Shown here: positions 49,299-60,129 of the stretch, piece by piece
How the letters are laid out: every line of letters starts with the position of its first letter
Numbering within the stretch: position 1 is the first letter of the stretch
From: Candidatus Poribacteria bacterium
GTDB taxonomy: Bacteria; Poribacteria; WGA-4E; PCPOR2b
Reading direction: 5' to 3'
Length of the DNA stretch: 64,000 nt
NCBI GenBank assembly: GCA_965116925.1
Contig: OZ220744.1
Location: forward strand, 1,952,001 to 2,016,000
The notes under the pieces: model-generated
Told to the model about the DNA's origin: nothing
Seen by the model: the letters and a program-made list of their open reading frames with translations, nothing else
Database searches by the model: none
Translations under genes and position numbers: made by a program

Positions 49299-50336
49299 TT
49301 AATATTCTCGTTCAATAAGAAAATGAACCAGTTGTAGAAAGATATGCTTGGCTTGGGTTTCTGGTAAATCGGAAAATGTCTGGTCAAACTGAGTATATGC
49401 CTGCTGTGCCAGTGTTTTAGCACGTTGCTGGGCGTACTGGATTGATTTATATCGCTCCATTAGTGCTAATACCTCTTGAATTTCGTCCTGACCTTTGTCC
49501 TCACGTCGCTGCCCCATAATTTCAGTGACACGGTTAGCTTCCGTCTGCGAGCAGGTGTTCAGCAGATGGATGAGGATAAGGGTGCGCTTCCCTTCGCTGA
49601 TGTCTCCCCCAATCTCCTTACCATATAGTCTCTCTTCACCGATAAGGTTGAGGACATCATCCTGAATCTGGAAGGCAACCCCAAGATTTTTACCCATATC
49701 AATGAATAGATCCAACCGGTTTTTGGACACCCCTGCGATGCGCGCACCGATGCGACAGGGGGTGATGCAGGTGTAGGAAGCGGTCTTTTTGATACACATC
49801 GTCCAGTAATCCGCTTCCGTCAGATCCCAGCGATTATTTTCAACCCAGCTCAACTCAATATGTTGTCCCTCAACGATGCTATTGCTGAGTTGTGCAAATT
49901 CCGACGCTATCTCAAATGCGAGTTCATATCCGAGCAGATCTGCGTTTCGGTTCAGCATCTCCCACATCTTACAGTGGAGCCCGTCACCCACGTTAATGGC
50001 AATCGGAATCCCATGTTTCTGATGGAGGCACGGCTCGCCGCGACGCAGATCTGACCCATCTTCAATATCATCATGGATCAGTGCCCAGTTTTGCAAGAGT
50101 TCAAGCGCAGCAGCAGCATTGATAGCCTTCTGCGGGTCTCCACCGAACGCCTCGCAAATCAGGAGGCAAATTGCTGGACGTAACCCTTTGCCGGCTCGAA
50201 GTGGGTAATCCAGCATCATTTGGTAGAACTGATGCACTTCAGGGTGATCGTGCTTGCTGGGCAGAAAGTCAAAGATATGTGCATCAATTTGCTTTTTGGT
50301 CTCTTTGAGAAATTCGAGAGGCTGGGCTTTTGACAT
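49299..50336 (-). CDS. Polyprenyl diphosphate synthase (GGPP synthase-like)
   Basis: GK.LRP, LIHDDIEDGSDLRRG, GQHIEL, KTA, FQIQDD, DISEGK. Confidence 0.9.
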   Translation of the reverse strand: MSKAQPLEFLKETKKQIDAHIFDFLPSKHDHPEVHQFYQMMLDYPLRAGKGLRPAICLLICEAFGGDPQKAINAAAALELLQNWALIHDDIEDGSDLRRGEPCLHQKHGIPIAINVGDGLHCKMWEMLNRNADLLGYELAFEIASEFAQLSNSIVEGQHIELSWVENNRWDLTEADYWTMCIKKTASYTCITPCRIGARIAGVSKNRLDLFIDMGKNLGVAFQIQDDVLNLIGEERLYGKEIGGDISEGKRTLILIHLLNTCSQTEANRVTEIMGQRREDKGQDEIQEVLALMERYKSIQYAQQRAKTLAQQAYTQFDQTFSDLPETQAKHIFLQLVHFLIEREY

Positions 50337-50657
50337 ATGAGTTATTGCCTTCTCAAAAACGGTTTGATATAATGTTGCATAGGGAGGAAATCTTGTGCGT
50401 GAAATCGCTTTGATGTCGCTACCTGAAATTATAACCTATATCTCCTCAGTTTTTCAATGTATGAATCCTATTCTCATAAGAAATTATGGTGACAGTTTTA
50501 GGCAGGAATGGTATACTATTTTTTGTGCACAGTTAATCTGTGCATCCTACACTACCGTCCCCTAAGTTGCGCTTTAACTACAACTTGGAAATTTTTCTAT
50601 TTGTGTTGGAGTAGATGACAGGCTGGATCAGTTAATGGAAACGGAGGGAAAGCTCGA

Positions 50658-50882
50658 ATGCGATCGTTCAAGATTATTGTTGAAAAGCATACGGAGGGTT
50701 ATGTCGCCTATCCGCTTGGTTTGAAGGGGGTCGTGGTCGGTGAAGGTGATACCTATCAGCAAGCGATAGCTGATGTAACCTCTGCGATCGAATTTCACAT
50801 TGAAACATTCGGTGCTGAAGTACTTGAGAGTGAGGAACCTGTCTTAGACGTATTTATAGCAGAAACAGGAGTTGCTGTCTAA
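50658..50882 (+). CDS. HicB-like antitoxin (short form)
   Basis: IIVEKH.EGYVAYP.GLKGVVVGEGDTY..A...SAIEFHIE. Confidence 0.75.
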   Translation: MRSFKIIVEKHTEGYVAYPLGLKGVVVGEGDTYQQAIADVTSAIEFHIETFGAEVLESEEPVLDVFIAETGVAV

Positions 50883-50947
50883 TGCGGCGCTTTCCAGTTG
50901 ATGTTCCCAAGTCCCAAGCGATTAAAACGTCAGAAAAGTTAGGGTAG
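50882..50947 (+). pseudogene. Truncated HicA-like toxin remnant
   Basis: ATG overlaps the antitoxin TAA; MRRFPVDVPKSQAIKTSEKLG then TAG. Confidence 0.5.
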
Positions 50948-50997
50948 TTTGACTTACTATTGTATCTTTCATTAGGAATAGTTTTAGGAGAAGAATA

Positions 50998-52044
50998 ATG
51001 CCGAATGTAGCACCCGAACGGTTGCGTAAAATTGCGGCGGACATTTTTGAAGCAGCAAATGTCCCCGCCGAAGACGCACAGATCATTAGCGAAATCCTTG
51101 TAGATGCCAATCTTGCAGGGCACGACTCACACGGAGTGATTCGCATTCCGCAATATATGGGTTTCATAGAAGCCGGGCAGATTGACCCTCGTGCCACGAT
51201 GGAGATCGAGCGTGAATCTCCGTCACATGCCTTGATTAACGGCAACTGGGGGTTTGGTCACGTCATCGCGCAACGGTCGATGTCGCTAGCGATCCGCAAG
51301 GCGCAAGCGAGTACCGTCAGTGCGGTTAGCATCTACGACTGTAATCACATCGGCAGGATCGGCAGCTATGCCATGATGGCAGCAAAAGCGGGTTTGATCG
51401 GAATAGTAATGGTGAACGCGGGAGGGGCCGCGCTCTACGTCGCACCGTTTGGCGGCAGCGACGGACGACTTGCGACCAACCCCATTGCGATTGCTTCCCC
51501 GACGCGGGGCGATGAGCCTATTGTGCTGGACATCACAAGCAGTGTGGTGGCGCAAGGGAAGATTCGCGTTGCGTTAAATCGCGAGGATAGCGTTCCGCTC
51601 GGCTGGTTGATTAACGGTAAAGGTGAACCGACCACAGATCCACGCGACCTCAATGGTCCACCGCCCGGTGCATTACTGCCACTTGGAGGCATTGCAGGAC
51701 ACAAGGGGTTCGCACTTGGCTTGATGATTGATGTGCTGGGAGGAGCACTATCGGGTGCTGGTTGTAGCGGTTCCGGCACAACAACAGTCCAAAACGGCGT
51801 GCTGATGATAGCAATTAACATCGCACAATTTACGCCGATGGAGGATTTCTACGGACGTGTTGATGCGCTTGTCGAGCATGTAAAAGCGTCGCCGCCGGCT
51901 CCCGGTTTCGATGAGATTCTCGTCCCCGGCGAAATTGAGTCGCGTCAAACGAAACAGCGTTCAAGCGAGGGAATTCCTGTTGACGACGAAACATGGCGAC
52001 AAATCCAAGAGACAGCGGCGGCGGTCGGGGTTTCGGAGCTTTAG
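50998..52044 (+). CDS. Ldh2 family oxidoreductase (malate/L-lactate/ureidoglycolate dehydrogenase type 2)
   Basis: GHDSHGV.R, HIGRIG.Y, TNPIAIA, GHKGFAL, VPGE. Confidence 0.9.
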   Translation: MPNVAPERLRKIAADIFEAANVPAEDAQIISEILVDANLAGHDSHGVIRIPQYMGFIEAGQIDPRATMEIERESPSHALINGNWGFGHVIAQRSMSLAIRKAQASTVSAVSIYDCNHIGRIGSYAMMAAKAGLIGIVMVNAGGAALYVAPFGGSDGRLATNPIAIASPTRGDEPIVLDITSSVVAQGKIRVALNREDSVPLGWLINGKGEPTTDPRDLNGPPPGALLPLGGIAGHKGFALGLMIDVLGGALSGAGCSGSGTTTVQNGVLMIAINIAQFTPMEDFYGRVDALVEHVKASPPAPGFDEILVPGEIESRQTKQRSSEGIPVDDETWRQIQETAAAVGVSEL

Positions 52045-52076
52045 AGGGCATCTTGAAAGTTAAGTAGAGGGGTATC

Positions 52077-54755
52077 ATGGCGAGAAAATCGAAACTTTCC
52101 CCTTTGATGGAACAGTACAGGCAATCAAAAAAACAGTATCCTGATTCGATTCTGCTCTGTCGTGTCGGAGACTTCTACGAAGCGTTCTACGAGGACGCTG
52201 AACTGATTGCTCGCGTTCTGGAAATTGCGTTGACATCGAGAGATAAGGACAGCGTGGGAGGCGCGATCCCGATGGCGGGTGTCCCGCATCACGCGCTGGA
52301 TTCATATCTTTACAAGTTGGTAAATTCGGGCTATAAAGTCGCAATTTTGGAGCAGGTCGAGGACGCAAAAAAAGCGAGGGAAGAGAATCGGCTTGTCAAA
52401 CGTAATCTTGTCCGTATTGTGACCGCCGGGACTGTTACAGATCCAAAGATTCTGGATGGGAAAACAAATAACTATCTGATCAGCATTTATCTCCTAAAAG
52501 ACAGTTACGGCTTGGCAGCTGTAGATCTTTCGACCGGAGAATTTACGGTAACGGAGCTAGAAAACTTAGCAAAACTCTGGTCAGAAATTCATCGGCTCGC
52601 CCCGAAAGAATGCCTGTTTTCCGAGGATTTCGATGACCCGGAAATAGTAGCGCAGATTGAAACGGACCTGAAAGCGGTTGTAAACTATCTCCCGGATTGG
52701 CGTTTCTCGTTTGATACGGCACGGTCTGAACTGCTCCAGCATTTTAACACACTTTCCTTAGATGGCTTTGGGTGCGAACATCTGCCCGCTGCGATCTGTG
52801 CGGCGGGAGCGTTGGTCTATTACCTCTACGAAACCCAGAAACAGGAGGTAAAACATATTGTTTCTCTCCACACCTACACCATTTCAGACTTTATGCTTCT
52901 GGAAGCGGATACGCAGCGGAATTTGGAGTTGACAACCTCGATCCGCGACGGTTCGTCGAAAGGAACGCTGCTAGAAGTGATGGACGAAACTGTGACACCG
53001 ATGGGAGCGCGAAAACTCCGTCAGTGTATCCTGCAACCGCTGCTGCAGCCAGCAGAGATTAACTCACGTTTGGACGCTGTTGATGAGTTGAAAAATCGCA
53101 TTGGGTTACAGGAGGAGTTACGGGAGCGGCTGACTAAAGTGTACGACATGGAGCGACTGATTTCTCGCATCAGTCTGGGTTCGGCGAATGCCCGAGATCT
53201 CATCGCGCTGAAAGACTCCCTGCGCCTGCTGCCGGATATCAAGGCACAGCTCAACGACTGTGAATCCTCGCTATTGCAGACCTTGAATGAAAACCTTGAC
53301 CCACTGACAGAATTAGCGGATTTAATTGAAGTCTCCATCCACCCCGACCCACCGGCGACGATCCGTGAAGGCAGATTAATCAACGATGGCTACAACGAAC
53401 AGTTAGATGAGTTGCGTGAAATCACCAGCGAGGGAAAAAACTGGATCGCGGAACTTCAACAGAAAGAGCGTGATCGAGTAAACATCCCTTCACTGAAGAT
53501 CGGATTCAATCAGGTCTTTGGATATTACATCGAGGTTACCAAGCCGAACCTACACCTTGTCCCAGAATATTATATCCGTAAACAGACATTGACCAATGCC
53601 GAGCGGTTCATTACGCCGGAACTCAAAGAGCGAGAATCACAGATTCTGAACGCACAGGATCAGATTCAGACCCTCGAATATGATATCTTCTGTGAGATGC
53701 GTGCCCAAGTTGCGGCTGAAACTGAAGGGATACAGAAAGCCGCTGCCGTAGTTGCCATGATTGATGTCGCCGCCGGGCTTGCTTATATCGCCTCTAAATA
53801 CGATTACGCCAAGCCGATTATTGATGAAAGTGATGAGCTCATTGTCAAGAACGGGCGGCACCCCGTTGTGGAACGCCTTTTTACGAGGGAAGGGTTTGTT
53901 CCTAATGACACAGGATTGAACTGCCGGGACCAGCAGATGCACATTATCACCGGTCCGAATATGAGTGGCAAAAGTACATTTCTCCGTCAGACGGCACTCA
54001 TCACCTTGATGGCGCAGATGGGCAGCTTTGTTCCTGCGTCCGCAGCGAAGGTCGGCATTGTAGACCGGATTTTCACCCGCGTCGGTGCCTCTGATAACCT
54101 TGTGATGGGACAGAGTACCTTCCTCGTGGAGATGAACGAAACGGCAAATATCCTGAACAACGCAACGCGCAAGAGCCTGATTATCCTTGACGAGATCGGG
54201 CGCGGCACGAGTACATTTGATGGACTGAGCATTGCGTGGGCGGTTGCGGAGTATATCTTGGATGAAAAGCGGATCGGTGCGAAAACACTGTTTGCGACCC
54301 ACTATCATGAATTAATCGAACTCGCCGGCAAATATAAGAACGTGAAAAACTACAATGTCGCTGTCCATGAAGATGGCGAAACGGTAACTTTCTTACGAAA
54401 GGTTGTGGAAGGCGGCACGGACCAGAGCTACGGTATCCACGTTGCACGTCTTGCCGGGTTGCCACAGGCAGTCATTGAGCGGGCAAACCAGATCCTTGAG
54501 GTCCTCGAACAGCACAATCTAAGTATCGAAGGCGAGGAATCGGATCAGTCTTCACCAAAATCGGTTCCGAAAGCCCCACGCCCTCGCCGCCGAATGTCGA
54601 AATCTACCTTCCAAGGAGATTCACTCCAACTCGCTCTGTTTACGCCGAAGACGCATCCCATTGTTGAGGAGCTTCGGAATACTGAACTGAATCAGATGAC
54701 TCCGATGGATGCGTTGAATTTAATCTATCATCTGAAGGCAAAAGCAGAGGAATGA
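52077..54755 (+). CDS. mutS: DNA mismatch repair protein MutS
   Basis: GDFYEAF, PMAGVP, TGPNMSGKST, STFLVEM, LDEIGRGTST, FATHYHEL, SYGIHVA. Confidence 0.97.
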   Translation: MARKSKLSPLMEQYRQSKKQYPDSILLCRVGDFYEAFYEDAELIARVLEIALTSRDKDSVGGAIPMAGVPHHALDSYLYKLVNSGYKVAILEQVEDAKKAREENRLVKRNLVRIVTAGTVTDPKILDGKTNNYLISIYLLKDSYGLAAVDLSTGEFTVTELENLAKLWSEIHRLAPKECLFSEDFDDPEIVAQIETDLKAVVNYLPDWRFSFDTARSELLQHFNTLSLDGFGCEHLPAAICAAGALVYYLYETQKQEVKHIVSLHTYTISDFMLLEADTQRNLELTTSIRDGSSKGTLLEVMDETVTPMGARKLRQCILQPLLQPAEINSRLDAVDELKNRIGLQEELRERLTKVYDMERLISRISLGSANARDLIALKDSLRLLPDIKAQLNDCESSLLQTLNENLDPLTELADLIEVSIHPDPPATIREGRLINDGYNEQLDELREITSEGKNWIAELQQKERDRVNIPSLKIGFNQVFGYYIEVTKPNLHLVPEYYIRKQTLTNAERFITPELKERESQILNAQDQIQTLEYDIFCEMRAQVAAETEGIQKAAAVVAMIDVAAGLAYIASKYDYAKPIIDESDELIVKNGRHPVVERLFTREGFVPNDTGLNCRDQQMHIITGPNMSGKSTFLRQTALITLMAQMGSFVPASAAKVGIVDRIFTRVGASDNLVMGQSTFLVEMNETANILNNATRKSLIILDEIGRGTSTFDGLSIAWAVAEYILDEKRIGAKTLFATHYHELIELAGKYKNVKNYNVAVHEDGETVTFLRKVVEGGTDQSYGIHVARLAGLPQAVIERANQILEVLEQHNLSIEGEESDQSSPKSVPKAPRPRRRMSKSTFQGDSLQLALFTPKTHPIVEELRNTELNQMTPMDALNLIYHLKAKAEE

Positions 54756-54769
54756 GGCTTTAATCCTAA

Positions 54770-54933
54770 TAGGAGTTACGCACTTCAGTAGTGAACAACG
54801 ATCGTTGTTCACTACGGGATACTTGATGGGGCGCTTGCTGTAGTTGCCTGATTCATCAGGCATTGGAAATTATGTCCTACGGCGATGAATCGCCGAACTA
54901 CGGAGCTTGGGATATTCAACTGGGTAACTCCTA
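54770..54933. mobile_element. MITE, TAGGAGTTACGCA family
   Basis: TIR TAGGAGTTAC / GTAACTCCTA, direct repeat CCTAA on both sides, body collinear with 32009-32171. Confidence 0.75.
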
Positions 54934-55115
54934 CCTAATTGATTATAAATCTTTGGTGTTAGTCGGTGAGGTCCTCGTTTCCACATCGTCCACATCAGTA
55001 CATTAACTGTTTTCACGTTTTACGCATCACGTTTCACGCTCAGAGTTTGACTGGAGAGCGTATCACGAGTTGCAAATTAGTACTATTGGTTATTTTGGTT
55101 ATTAAGGAGCCAACT

Positions 55116-56123
55116 ATGTCTAAAATTCGATTGGGAATTATCGGTTGTGGAGGCAATTCGTCGGGTCATGCCCGCCGTATGAATGAAAATCCCGATGTTC
55201 AGATTGTCAGCACCTGTGATGTGAACACTGACATCGCTAATAGTTATATCGATCGTAACCTACCAGAGTTGGATCCGCGTCCAGCTGCCTACGATAATAT
55301 CCCAACAATGCTCGCCGAAACAACACCCGATGCGGTGGTGATTTCTACGCCGCACACCCTCCACTTTGAACACAGTATGCACGCCCTCAATGCGGGTTGT
55401 CATGTATTGGTAGAAAAGCCGATGGTGACAGCAGCGCAGGACGCATATACCCTAGCTGAGAAGGTCAAAGAGACGGGTAAGGTATTTACCATTGGCTATA
55501 ATACCCCTTGTTCATCGAACTTTTACTACGTGCGTGAATCCATCCGCAATCAGACATTCGGTAAGCTGGAATTGGTAACAGGCTACATCACGCAGAACTG
55601 GCTTCGCGCAACGAAGGGGGCGTGGCGACAGGTTCCTGAGTTGTCTGGCGGTGGGCAAGCGTATGACAGTGGGGCGCATCTGTTCAACAGCCTATGCTGG
55701 TCTGTTGAATCTAATGTTGCTGAGGTTCATTCCTTCATTGATAATTGCGGCGCGGCGGTTGATATCAACAGCTCAACCAACATTCGGTTTGAGAACGGGG
55801 TTTTCGCGAGTATTGTCGTCAGCGGCAACTGCCCAAGTCCCGGGGGCACTCACATGGCGTTGATTTTTGATAACGGTCGAATCGAAGTTGACGGTTGGGG
55901 CGGCGGCTGGATTCGGGTCTATGAAGGTGGAGAACAGCTTGATCCACCGCCAATTACTGATGAGATGGCCGCGGGTTCACCGGACGACAATTTCATTGAT
56001 GCCATTCTGGGGCGCGCTGAACCACGCACCAGCCCGATGAACGGGATTATCCAATCGGAGTTGATGGACGCTATCTACGAATCGGGACGCACCGGTCTGC
56101 CCGCTAAACCTGTACGGAGATAA
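55116..56123 (+). CDS. Gfo/Idh/MocA family oxidoreductase
   Basis: IGCGG, TPHTLH, VEKPM, GGGQAYDSGAH; start at ATG 55116. Confidence 0.88.
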   Translation: MSKIRLGIIGCGGNSSGHARRMNENPDVQIVSTCDVNTDIANSYIDRNLPELDPRPAAYDNIPTMLAETTPDAVVISTPHTLHFEHSMHALNAGCHVLVEKPMVTAAQDAYTLAEKVKETGKVFTIGYNTPCSSNFYYVRESIRNQTFGKLELVTGYITQNWLRATKGAWRQVPELSGGGQAYDSGAHLFNSLCWSVESNVAEVHSFIDNCGAAVDINSSTNIRFENGVFASIVVSGNCPSPGGTHMALIFDNGRIEVDGWGGGWIRVYEGGEQLDPPPITDEMAAGSPDDNFIDAILGRAEPRTSPMNGIIQSELMDAIYESGRTGLPAKPVRR

Positions 56124-56165
56124 TATACCGACTGCGTTTCACGTTTTGAGGAACGGAGGACAGCT

Positions 56166-57239
56166 ATGCAAACATATCGTGCGGCGGTTATCGGCTGTAG
56201 CCGAATGGGTGCCTTTATCGACAACGAAAAGGTCGGACATCTTGCGTCTGAGGTGGCAAACTACCTAGCGCATAATTTTCCGGTATCACATGCTGCCAGT
56301 TTTTTTGCGGAGGAGCGGACAGACCTCATCGCTTGCTCCGATCTCCGTACCGAAGTGATGGCGGAATTCGGAAAGCGATACAACGTCCCGGCTGAACGGC
56401 AGTATACCGATTATCGGGAGATGCTTGAAAAAGAGCAGCCCGACATCGTTAGCGTTGCGACGCAGCCAGAACACCGTGCGGAGGTCGTTATCTACGCTGC
56501 GGAGCACGGTGTCAAAGCCATCTACGCGGAAAAAGCGATGGCGGCATCGATGGACGAAGCGGCTGCGATGGTGGAGGCGGTCGAGCGCAACGGCGTCGCG
56601 TTTAATCTGGGCACCAACCGTCGTTGGGACACCGGCTTCGACAAGATGAAAGAGATCATTGATAGCGGTGAGTTGGGTGCGCTTCGGACGTTGATTATTT
56701 ACGGCAATGGATCGCTTTTCAACACCGCTAGCCATAACTTCGATCTCATCCTGCGGCTCAACAGCGATGCCCCCGCATCTTGGGTTTCGGCACATCTTCC
56801 AGAGGGAGATTCAATCATTGATGGGAATATCGTCCGAGAAGATCCAAGCGGACAGGGGATGATCCAGTTCTCAAACGGCGTGACAGCACACGCGCTGCTC
56901 GCGCAGCTGGGCTGGGAGGCAATCTGCGATAAGGGAAGCATCAGTAGTCATAGAGATGGTGCGATGTGGCAAATCCGCCGTCACAACCGGCTTGAATCCT
57001 TCCCTAGATATGAACGCACCAGCAGCGGTGCCAATATCGTCAAAGACCTGGTTCATGCGTTGGATACGGGTGAACCGACACGCGGCGGGGTTCGTGTCGC
57101 CCACGCAAGCACGGAGTTGATTTTTGCGTTCATGGAATCCCATTTGCGGAATGGTGAACGTATCGAACTCCCGTTGAAGGGAAGCAAGCTGCGCTTACAG
57201 CGTGACCGTGCGCCAAGACAGCCGAGATTTCAGCCGTAA
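56166..57239 (+). CDS. Gfo/Idh/MocA family oxidoreductase
   Basis: [24 protein letters not shown]. Confidence 0.85.
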   Translation: MQTYRAAVIGCSRMGAFIDNEKVGHLASEVANYLAHNFPVSHAASFFAEERTDLIACSDLRTEVMAEFGKRYNVPAERQYTDYREMLEKEQPDIVSVATQPEHRAEVVIYAAEHGVKAIYAEKAMAASMDEAAAMVEAVERNGVAFNLGTNRRWDTGFDKMKEIIDSGELGALRTLIIYGNGSLFNTASHNFDLILRLNSDAPASWVSAHLPEGDSIIDGNIVREDPSGQGMIQFSNGVTAHALLAQLGWEAICDKGSISSHRDGAMWQIRRHNRLESFPRYERTSSGANIVKDLVHALDTGEPTRGGVRVAHASTELIFAFMESHLRNGERIELPLKGSKLRLQRDRAPRQPRFQP

Positions 57240-57267
57240 TAAACAACTGTTGCAAAGAGGAGACGCT

Positions 57268-57621
57268 ATGGCAGAAGAAACGATTTTTAGCAAAATTATC
57301 CGGAAAGAGATTCCCGCCGACATCGTGTATCAAGATGATTTGGTCACCGCTTTTCGGGACATCAAACCTCAGACGCCCACACATATCTTAATTATTCCGA
57401 ACAAATTGATCCCCACTTCTGACGACGTGACGCCTGAAGATGAGCCGGCTTTGGGGCGAATGTTCACAGTGGCGGCAAAGATTGCTAGAGAAGAAGGGAT
57501 TGCTGAAGATGGTTACCGTTTAATTATCAATTGCCGGGAGCATGGTCTGCAGGAAATTTATCATCTGCACATGCACCTCGTCGGTGGCCGTCAGTTGGGG
57601 CGAATGCTGTCGAGACAGTGA
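57268..57621 (+). CDS. hinT: Histidine triad nucleotide-binding protein
   Basis: [30 protein letters not shown]. Confidence 0.92.
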   Translation: MAEETIFSKIIRKEIPADIVYQDDLVTAFRDIKPQTPTHILIIPNKLIPTSDDVTPEDEPALGRMFTVAAKIAREEGIAEDGYRLIINCREHGLQEIYHLHMHLVGGRQLGRMLSRQ

Positions 57622-57630
57622 CGCTCGGTT

Positions 57631-58854
57631 TCACGCCCGGAGGTCGAAGATAGTTTTCACCGCACCGGACCTCCCGGTGGACATCGCAGCTTGGATAGCT
57701 CGGCGATACTCTTTGAGTGAAAACCGTTCGCCGATTAGCGGAAGTAGCCTATCTCTCATCTGCTCTAACAATCTAATTCCGAGTGTAAAGGTCCGAATCT
57801 CCTCACCTGCGTAGCTTTCCACCCCATAGGTATATGCGCCGCTGACCTGCAATTCCTTATACCAAACCGATGTCCAGTCGATATTTTTCGGGATGGCGGG
57901 CATCCCCACAAGCATAACGCGCCCTTGGGCTCGTGTAAAGCGGAGGGCATCGTCAATCGTTGTAGCGGATGCAACACAATCAAACGTCACATCAACGCCG
58001 CCGAGTAGGACAGGTTTACCGAGTTCCGGCTGATAGCTTTCCGCCCCTGTTAAGCCACAGAAATTTGCATAGAGCGACTTGTCGGAGGAGAGGATTTCAT
58101 CTGCGCCGAGTTCGCGTGCGAGTTGACGTTGATGTGGGTATTTGGCGACAATTAAGATGCGGTTCTGTTTCCCAATTGCCCGGATTGCCGCAACGGTGAG
58201 TAGCCCGACCGTCCCCGCACCGATGACTAAGACTTCGTCTGTGTCTTTGAGGTTCGCTTTCAAAACGCCGTGCAAGGCACAGGCAAACGGTTCCAGAAGC
58301 ACAGCAATTTCATCGGAAAGCGAGTCCGGTACGCGATGGATCTGGTTTTTATGGGCTAGGAAGTAAGGACTCCAGCCCCCGCCGGTGTCATGGCAGTATC
58401 CTGTCTGAATGCCTGCGGAGATATTCCCTTGCGTGATATTCTCGCAGTTCGCAAAATGCCCTTGCTGACACTGATGGCAGACAGGTTCAATGCCGCGGAT
58501 TTCGCACGACAACACAGGTTCAATCACAACACGGTCTCCAGTCGCATATCCCTCAACCCGCTCCCCTATCTCCGCAAGTTCTCCCACGACCTCATGGCCA
58601 AGCACGAATGGACATGAAGTGAAGGGCGAGAAATAGGGACTGCCCTTTGCCATGATAGTGGCAAGATCTGAGCCGCATATCCCGCTCAACCGTGTCTTGA
58701 TCTTTACCCAATCCGGAGTCAGCAGTTGTGGCTCGTCAATCTCAGCCAGACGGATACATGAAGCACCGGAAGTATAAAGCCAGTTCCAACGTTTCCCTAA
58801 GAGACGCACCATGAGGTAGCGTGGCACGCTTTTAATATATTGGATAGCTTGCAT
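57631..58854 (-). CDS. Zinc-dependent medium-chain alcohol dehydrogenase
   Basis: GICGSD, GHE, C-x7-CxxC-x7-C, EP.ACALH, GAGTVG. Confidence 0.88.
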   Translation of the reverse strand: MQAIQYIKSVPRYLMVRLLGKRWNWLYTSGASCIRLAEIDEPQLLTPDWVKIKTRLSGICGSDLATIMAKGSPYFSPFTSCPFVLGHEVVGELAEIGERVEGYATGDRVVIEPVLSCEIRGIEPVCHQCQQGHFANCENITQGNISAGIQTGYCHDTGGGWSPYFLAHKNQIHRVPDSLSDEIAVLLEPFACALHGVLKANLKDTDEVLVIGAGTVGLLTVAAIRAIGKQNRILIVAKYPHQRQLARELGADEILSSDKSLYANFCGLTGAESYQPELGKPVLLGGVDVTFDCVASATTIDDALRFTRAQGRVMLVGMPAIPKNIDWTSVWYKELQVSGAYTYGVESYAGEEIRTFTLGIRLLEQMRDRLLPLIGERFSLKEYRRAIQAAMSTGRSGAVKTIFDLRA

Positions 58855-58889
58855 GGTTTTGTAAAATGGTTGCGGGCGACTATAAAGTG

Positions 58890-59864
58890 CTATTCAAACG
58901 CTACGCCCAACTTGACGCTCTTTTCGGGATAGAGATCCATCTCTTCGTAAGCTTGGGGCGATTCGTCAAACGGCACCACCGGGGAAACAATCTCCTCACA
59001 ATCAAACCGTCCTTCAGAAAGCCACTGCCAGCAGTGATCTGTGATGCGTCCGAAATCCCATCGTGGATGGTCGCGATTGGGATCACTACACGCACGCGCA
59101 AAGATTAGATTCGGAATATCGAAATGTGCGACAGCACCGAGGTCAAGTCCGCCCTTACACTCCTTCATCCAGCCGACGACCGCGACATTACCGCTATACG
59201 CTAACCCACGGATTGCACCGTCCAACGCTTGGTAGTTCGCACTTGTCTCAATTGCGACATCGATTCCCAGTCCGCCTGTCGCTTGCTTCAGTTCCTCCCC
59301 GACATCCACAGCGGTTGGATCGAGCGAAAGGTCTATCCCGATATTTTCAACGACTGCACGTCGCTTGGCGATCGGGTCCACGGCAGCGACAAAGGACGCG
59401 CCAGCCATCTTTGCCATCTGCACGGTCATTTGGCCAATGGCACCAAGTCCAAAGACTGCAACCCTATCTCCCAATCGCACCTGACCATCCCGAATGCCGG
59501 CGAGAGCAAAATGTGCCGGATCATAACAGACCGCTTCTTTCCACGTCATCCGATCGCTCATGCGTAAAGCGCGTGCGGCGTCCCAGGTATGTGTCTCTCG
59601 GAGGTTGCCATATCCGGCGACCCGATCACCAATCGAAAATCCCTCGACACCTTCACCGATTTCGCTAACCCGACCCACGCACATATTTCCCAGACCCATC
59701 GGAAATGACGCACCACGAAATCCGTGATACCCCGTCAACTCCGTGCCCCGTTTGGGCGCGCCAAAGTCCACTTTGATGCGGATATTTCCTGCTGGCACAG
59801 GTCCCTCTTCGTAATCTTGTAGAATAGGCTGCTGCACTGCGATTGCGACTAATTCTTTTGGCAT
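58890..59864 (-). CDS. MDR-superfamily oxidoreductase
   Basis: GTEL, P..LG...VG.V, FGLGAIG, DVAIETS. Confidence 0.8.
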   Translation of the reverse strand: MPKELVAIAVQQPILQDYEEGPVPAGNIRIKVDFGAPKRGTELTGYHGFRGASFPMGLGNMCVGRVSEIGEGVEGFSIGDRVAGYGNLRETHTWDAARALRMSDRMTWKEAVCYDPAHFALAGIRDGQVRLGDRVAVFGLGAIGQMTVQMAKMAGASFVAAVDPIAKRRAVVENIGIDLSLDPTAVDVGEELKQATGGLGIDVAIETSANYQALDGAIRGLAYSGNVAVVGWMKECKGGLDLGAVAHFDIPNLIFARACSDPNRDHPRWDFGRITDHCWQWLSEGRFDCEEIVSPVVPFDESPQAYEEMDLYPEKSVKLGVAFE

Positions 59865-60030
59865 TTTGCTTTCCTTTGCTTTGATTTAATTCCGATCGCC
59901 CTGCTAGGGCTGTATTAGTTCATTGATTACGGCATACGGAGTATGCCTACTACTATTAATTTGGGTTATTGTAACATTGGAGGCAAATTAAATACCAGCG
60001 AATTGTGCAGCGGAGATTCGGATTTCTCTG

Positions 60031-60059
60031 TTGACGCTTTGCCGAAAATCTGCTACAAT
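60031..60059 (+). promoter_or_regulatory. Sigma70-type promoter
   Basis: TTGACG-17 nt-TACAAT with TG extended -10. Confidence 0.6.
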
Positions 60060-60129
60060 CACGAATGTGAACAGTAGACATCTTATGCTAATCTGTTCGC
60101 GCTATTCGATCTCACAGACAGGAGAAACC

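Noticed and set aside
47240..49423. Long N-terminal extensions in the ORF track (48145, 49423; also 41167, 44091, 54966, 60031)
   Set aside because: They run through MITEs, promoters or neighbouring genes; downstream ATGs with SD sequences fit the family N-termini
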